49,154 nt of DNA. It comes from Macrostomum lignano (lineage: Eukaryota). The notes beneath the pieces are model-generated. The model saw only the letters and a list, made by a program, of their open reading frames with translations. It searched no databases and was not told the origin of the DNA. Positions 44,476 to 49,154 of the stretch are shown here, piece by piece. The DNA lies in NCBI GenBank assembly GCA_002269645.1, contig NIVC01004350.1, forward strand, positions 1 through 49,154, read 5' to 3'. Within the stretch, counting starts at the first letter, position 1; each line of letters opens with the position of its first letter. The position numbers were made by a program, and so were the translations under genes.

Positions 44476-46159
44476 AAATATATTACCCAAAGCATTTCAT
44501 TCTGAAGGATGAAGACTACCATTATTTTAATATAGCGTGCACAACATGTTACTCTACTTTATTTTATATGCTAATAGTTGCGCGTTAATAAGTTTCATCA
44601 TCCTAGTTTTCATTTTTAATACACTTATGAATTTTTTTACTGTTGTGTCCCTTCTTCACACTTTATATGCTACATTATATATACTTGTTTCAAGACAAAG
44701 CAAAACAAAATATTTCGGCTACTGATACTAATGTCACTAGTGAGTATTTATAACCTTTGGCTTGTAAAAATCTAAAAAAGAATTATATCTAAATTATATT
44801 CAGATTAAATCTAAATATAATCTATATTAAACAAAAACTTTTTAAACCCAACAGGCAACATACATGTATAAAATACAACAGACTGACATGCTTTGCATCC
44901 TAAATTAAAAGAATGGTAGTCTTCATTAACCGAGATCAAATGCTATCGCTTGATTTTGTGATGCAAAAATGACGCTTTTCCTGTCTCCGCATCCGCACTG
45001 TTATTTTTGATGGATATTAGCCTCCAAAAATTATAAAATTGCACGGCGAATGCCGCGAATGTACTGCCTGAGGTCTTGAGAAAGTTTCTGAATAATTTTA
45101 CTTTACTCTAGAACTGTATTAAATGCATGACAATTTATAATAACAATTAGGCTGCATTCTCATATGAACTTTAAAAATCATAAATTTACGATACATTAAA
45201 TAAAAAGTAACTGAGTTCTTGTTGTCAACAGCTACGGAAAACATTAACAAAACTGAACTTACCTATCGATTTTTTTACTCGTCCATGATAAAAGCAGGGG
45301 AGTTTTTAAGTTTTATTACAATACATAAAACATTTAAAACTTTTTTACCAGAAAAAATGTATCTAAGGTGGCACAACAGTTAAACTTTCAAATATAGATT
45401 CTTTTTTAATAATTACGATACGTCGAAACGGTACCGGTATAATTGATATTCGACTTCAATGACAATAAATATGACAGGAACTAAATGTGCTTCACCCGAA
45501 GTGTTACAAAAGATTACTAAGTGTTCAATATTAGCACTGCTAGACTCAAACCGTGCCAAAACAAAAACAAACCAAAAAAAACACAGACCATGAGTGATGA
45601 GTGCATGACTTCATGAGAGTTACTTAACTTTAGGCCTGCAACTGCCACATTAATGGACTGCCACATCGCTAACTTGCAGGCGGTTGAGCTTGCTGCTGAT
45701 ATTGGCAGCTGTGTGAGCTGTGAGCGCGTGCATGCAAGGAGCCTACCTGTGCTGTGCATCTTAGTATTAAGGCTATTGGCTAACCCGATAATAAATCAAT
45801 TTGGCTTATGAGTGGCTCTCCAATGCATTATCACCAGCTTAATCACTTAAATTCTACAAACCCAAAATGAGCTACTGATTTAAAGTACTATGATTACAGA
45901 CGAAGTATGAATGCTAATACTAAATTTCAAAAAATCATTTCCACCGTTTTTATTTATGTTCGAATAAATAATACTTTTTACTCTTTCAATACTACTTTTC
46001 TAATCCGCGTATTTTCATCGCTTAAACTTAATAATCCTCTAATTTTAATAGTAATAATCCTTACCATAATTTAATGTTGTTCACTTAAATTCTAATTTTT
46101 GGTCTTCTGCCTGTTCTGCTTTTTTTACACCCACAATACTTACATCAAGAAAATATTTT

Positions 46160-46225
46160 GTCTAGCAAGATTCGAACCTCAAACCTTCCAATTTCAAGTC
46201 AGGCGCACTGGCCACTCGACCAATT
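46160..46225 (-). other. tRNA-derived SINE head or tRNA-Ser(TGA)-like pseudogene
   Basis: Minus strand TGGTCGAGTGG (A box), GACTTGAAAT (anticodon-loop-like) and GGTTCGAATC (B box); no acceptor stem, so not a functional tRNA. Confidence 0.65.
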
Positions 46226-46867
46226 TTTAGCGGTGTCTATTTTTAGCACTCAGAATTCCCAGACTTCTCATTCCCGTCCGCGGGTGCACTCGACCCCAGC
46301 CTACACGGACCAATAGCAGCGTTCCTTGGCATATCTAGCGTACTATCACTGTGCGCACTGTGTGGACTCTCTAGGCTAGCCTGTGTGGGTCCACACGTGG
46401 ACTCACTGGCTAGCCAGGTATTTTTTGTGTAGTGGATTGTCTGGCTAGCCCACGGCCGTTAGGTGCCTCCTGCGTCCGAGCCTCTCCCCATGCATCATTC
46501 TATTTTTAGACTGAGGGTTTCGCGGACCCCGTGTCCCGAGCCGAACCCTCCCTCACGTGCAGCCTTGTACGCACAAGCCACAAAATTTGGCATGCCATTG
46601 TCACTGGTGGGTTGAGGTGACTGTCGGCGCTTCATACAAGCTACTTTCTCCCCCCCCCATGTTTAATCAATATCTGTTGTGCATCATTATCCGCACTTTT
46701 CGGCTGCAGTTCCATGGTCAAGCCACGGAAACGCTCCACCCTCCGCGTTCTATATTAACGAATGCAGGCCCGTCTGTCTGAATTTTTTCCTCAGAACCGC
46801 CTCGTGAGGACTTGTGGAGAGCTTTCTCCAAGTCTAGCACCTCAACGCTGGTTAACAGCGAAGCAAA

Positions 46868-46994
46868 GCTCCTGAGCAGGTCTTGGTAGAGCAAAGCATC
46901 GCTAAGAAGCAGCCGCAAGCTCCTGAGCAGGTCTTGGTAGAGCATTGCAGCGCTCAAGCAGAAGGCACGCTCCTGAGCAGGTCTTGGTAGAGCA
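46868..46994. repeat. Three identical 26-nt direct repeats with 24-25 nt variable spacers
   Basis: GCTCCTGAGCAGGTCTTGGTAGAGCA at 46868, 46919 and 46969. Confidence 0.9.
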
Positions 46995-48499
46995 TTGCTA
47001 GTGCTATAGCTCTGATTTTCCAGCCTACCTTATTTGGCAGGAAATCAGTTGGCTGAAGCCATTCTGCTGTAGTCTAATTTGCGACACAGGCGCGAATAAG
47101 AGTGAGAGTGAGTGTGCAGTCGCAGCACTCGTGCGCGATTTTAAGAAATAGCTAAGAGCTTAGTTTACGTGAGTCTATTGCTGCTTCAGGCGCATAGACC
47201 TATTCCTTGCCGCCCATCTGCGCGAGGCATAACTATTAGGTTAGTAGGAGTTAGGGGTCCTCTGAGAGCTAAACTCAGACACGCTCAAGCGCGGACATTG
47301 TCAGTGCCAGGACTGTGCCGCTTAGGCCATTTGCTACCATTGAGTCCTGTCACTTGGACATTGAAATATCTGAGACTAGTTGTTTTAGCATTATTTATTT
47401 GCGTGGAACCCAAACAGACCCCCTCATTGCGGATCCTACAGTTCCCACGCTGGTGGCAGCACTACCCTTAATTTTAGATTTCTCCCCAGTCTCAGCACCC
47501 ATAAGTATACTCAGCAAGGTTGCTTTGGGTAATAGCAGTCCACCCCGCCACAGAAACCAGAAAGCCAAGCACTACACTGGTGATAGCAGTGGGATATCAA
47601 AACCTGCCAAACCACCCCAACAACTGAAATATAACACTGGTGATAGCGGTAGGATTCCAAGATCCTCAGACCTAGATCCGAGCAACCAAAAGCTCAAGTA
47701 TATCAAGATCAAAATGATAAATGATATTGCAAATTATTATTAGCTGAAAGTTACGATGGCGTGGGTGCTTGGCAAAATTATCTATTTGTTAGAAATTTAT
47801 CAAAAGCCTAAATTTCAAAACACCTACAATCAAAAATGCAGCATCTTTACATTGCCTAAATTTCATAACACCTAAAACTGAATGTTAAAGAAAGTGCAGA
47901 GAATCAATGAAAAATTTGATCTGGAAGTGGGGTCAATTGCTTTCAATGCTTGAATTTTGAATTTGAATGGCCTTATGGGGGGGCTTAATGAGCTAGTTTA
48001 TTCTATTTGGCCAACATCTGTACTTTTGACCCAATTGATGCCAAGGACTACCAAGAGATAAATAATTATCAGTGCCAATGCTGTTTATAAGAATTGAATA
48101 TTACGTAACCACTACTAAGAAATGCTACATCAAAAAAGATAGATTAGGCTTAGCACTATAGCAGCATTGAAAAATCAAAAAGTCATATAACGTTCGATAT
48201 GATTATTCAAGTCAACATTATTTATACAATCTGGTATTTTGGTGCATTTTGCATGTAATTAATTTTTACTTAAAAATAGTCAACTAACAACTATATTTTT
48301 AGTCAAATATACAAATTTGTATTATCTTCTTCAACCAAAGATTTAAGTTACAAATCCCTATTTTTCAAGAATCTTAATATCGGAGAAATTTTCCCTGATT
48401 TTCAGACTACACTAATATACTACACAACACTATTATACCATAATTAAGCATTGATTACTGCAGAGAGCAAAGGGAATTGCTTATTCACTGTAGTCACTA

Positions 48500-48990
48500 C
48501 AAGTTTCTGTCATTTATTCCGTTGGATACTTTAAGCATTGATCCGTGCTGAGAGAGCAGGAAGTTCATCCTGTCAGTAATTCCATCAATAATTCCGTCAC
48601 TTATTCTGTTGGATAATTTAAGCATTGCTTGGTGCAGAAAGCAGGAGGTTCTACCCGTCAGTAATTCTGTCACTTATTCCATCGGATAATTTGTGCAAAT
48701 TGATCTGTGCCAACAGCAGTACCTGCAGTACATGTACATATATATTTATCAGTAATATCAGTAATTCTGTCAGTTATCTTCACTTATTCCGTTAGATAAT
48801 TTAAGCATTGCTCAGTGCAGAGAGCAGGAGGTTCATTTCGTCAGTAATTCCGTCAGTAATTCTGTTACTTATTCTGTTGGTTAATTTAAGCATTGCTTGG
48901 TGCAGAGAGCAGGAGGTTCATCCCATCAATAATTCCCTCAATAATTCTGTCACTTATTCTATCGGATAATTTAAGAATTGCTTGGCGCAG
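48500..48990. repeat. Degenerate ~85-nt tandem repeat, 5-6 copies
   Basis: GCAGAGAGCAGGAGGTTC...CACTTATTC...AATTTAAGCATTG recurs (e.g. about 48817 and 48902). Confidence 0.85.
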
Positions 48991-49075
48991 GCAAGCGCCG
49001 CGGAACAGGGGGGGGGGGGGGGGGGGCGGCTGCCCCCCTGACATTGAGTTGAGGGGGCAATGCCCCCCCTCAAAT
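48988..49075 (+). mobile_element. Probable terminus of a non-autonomous DNA transposon (G-run / C-run hairpins)
   Basis: CAGG..GCGCCGCGGAACA(G)n followed by GGGGCGGCTGCCCCCC and GAGGGGGCAATGCCCCCCTC hairpins; the partner end is not in the window. Confidence 0.4.
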
Positions 49076-49154
49076 ACCGTTCAACAGCATAATTTTCTTA
49101 CATTTAAAATTGTTTAAATTTACTGAACTTGTCTACATCACGCAGCAGCACGCA

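Noticed and set aside
46868-46994. CRISPR array
   Set aside because: Eukaryotic context, only three repeats, mutually similar spacers and no cas genes.
47315-47743. 142-aa ORF with a ~20-aa repeat (YTGDS..)
   Set aside because: Non-ATG start, a simple 60-nt local duplication and no domain or splice support.

Overview
This is repeat-dense eukaryotic (invertebrate animal-like) DNA, essentially a nest of transposable elements and satellites. I see no intact conserved host gene, rRNA or CRISPR array. The (CAGA)n tracts, many minisatellites and GC-rich exons with AT-rich GT-AG introns resemble a flatworm such as Macrostomum, but that is an unverified impression. Main contents, left to right: (1) an internally deleted minus-strand LTR element with a tRNA-Gln primer-binding site (1-2714); (2) a decayed Helitron whose RepHel gene can be rebuilt by hand as 11 phase-consistent exons (4273-14229; about 1,825 codons: STPR-like 23-aa repeats, OTU protease, Rep/HUH, Pif1 helicase), with a 2.2 kb solo-LTR-like insertion in one intron and a hairpin-CTAG 3' end at 16707 joined directly to a second Helitron-type 5' end; (3) a young 5'-truncated RT-RNase H LINE (16.8-19.0 kb); (4) a 2 kb LTR-type element with a 5-bp TSD (23053-25072); (5) relics of a Ulp1-protease-carrying DNA transposon (27.4-28.3 kb) and a Gypsy integrase (29.9-30.8 kb); (6) a degraded KDM3/JMJD1 JmjC fragment (41.7-41.9 kb); (7) satellites with 7-, 18-, 21-, 24/48- and ~85-nt units, one apparently derived from a Helitron 5' terminal motif; (8) a few orphan exon-like ORFs. 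All domain calls are by-eye motif recognition; no database searches were run.
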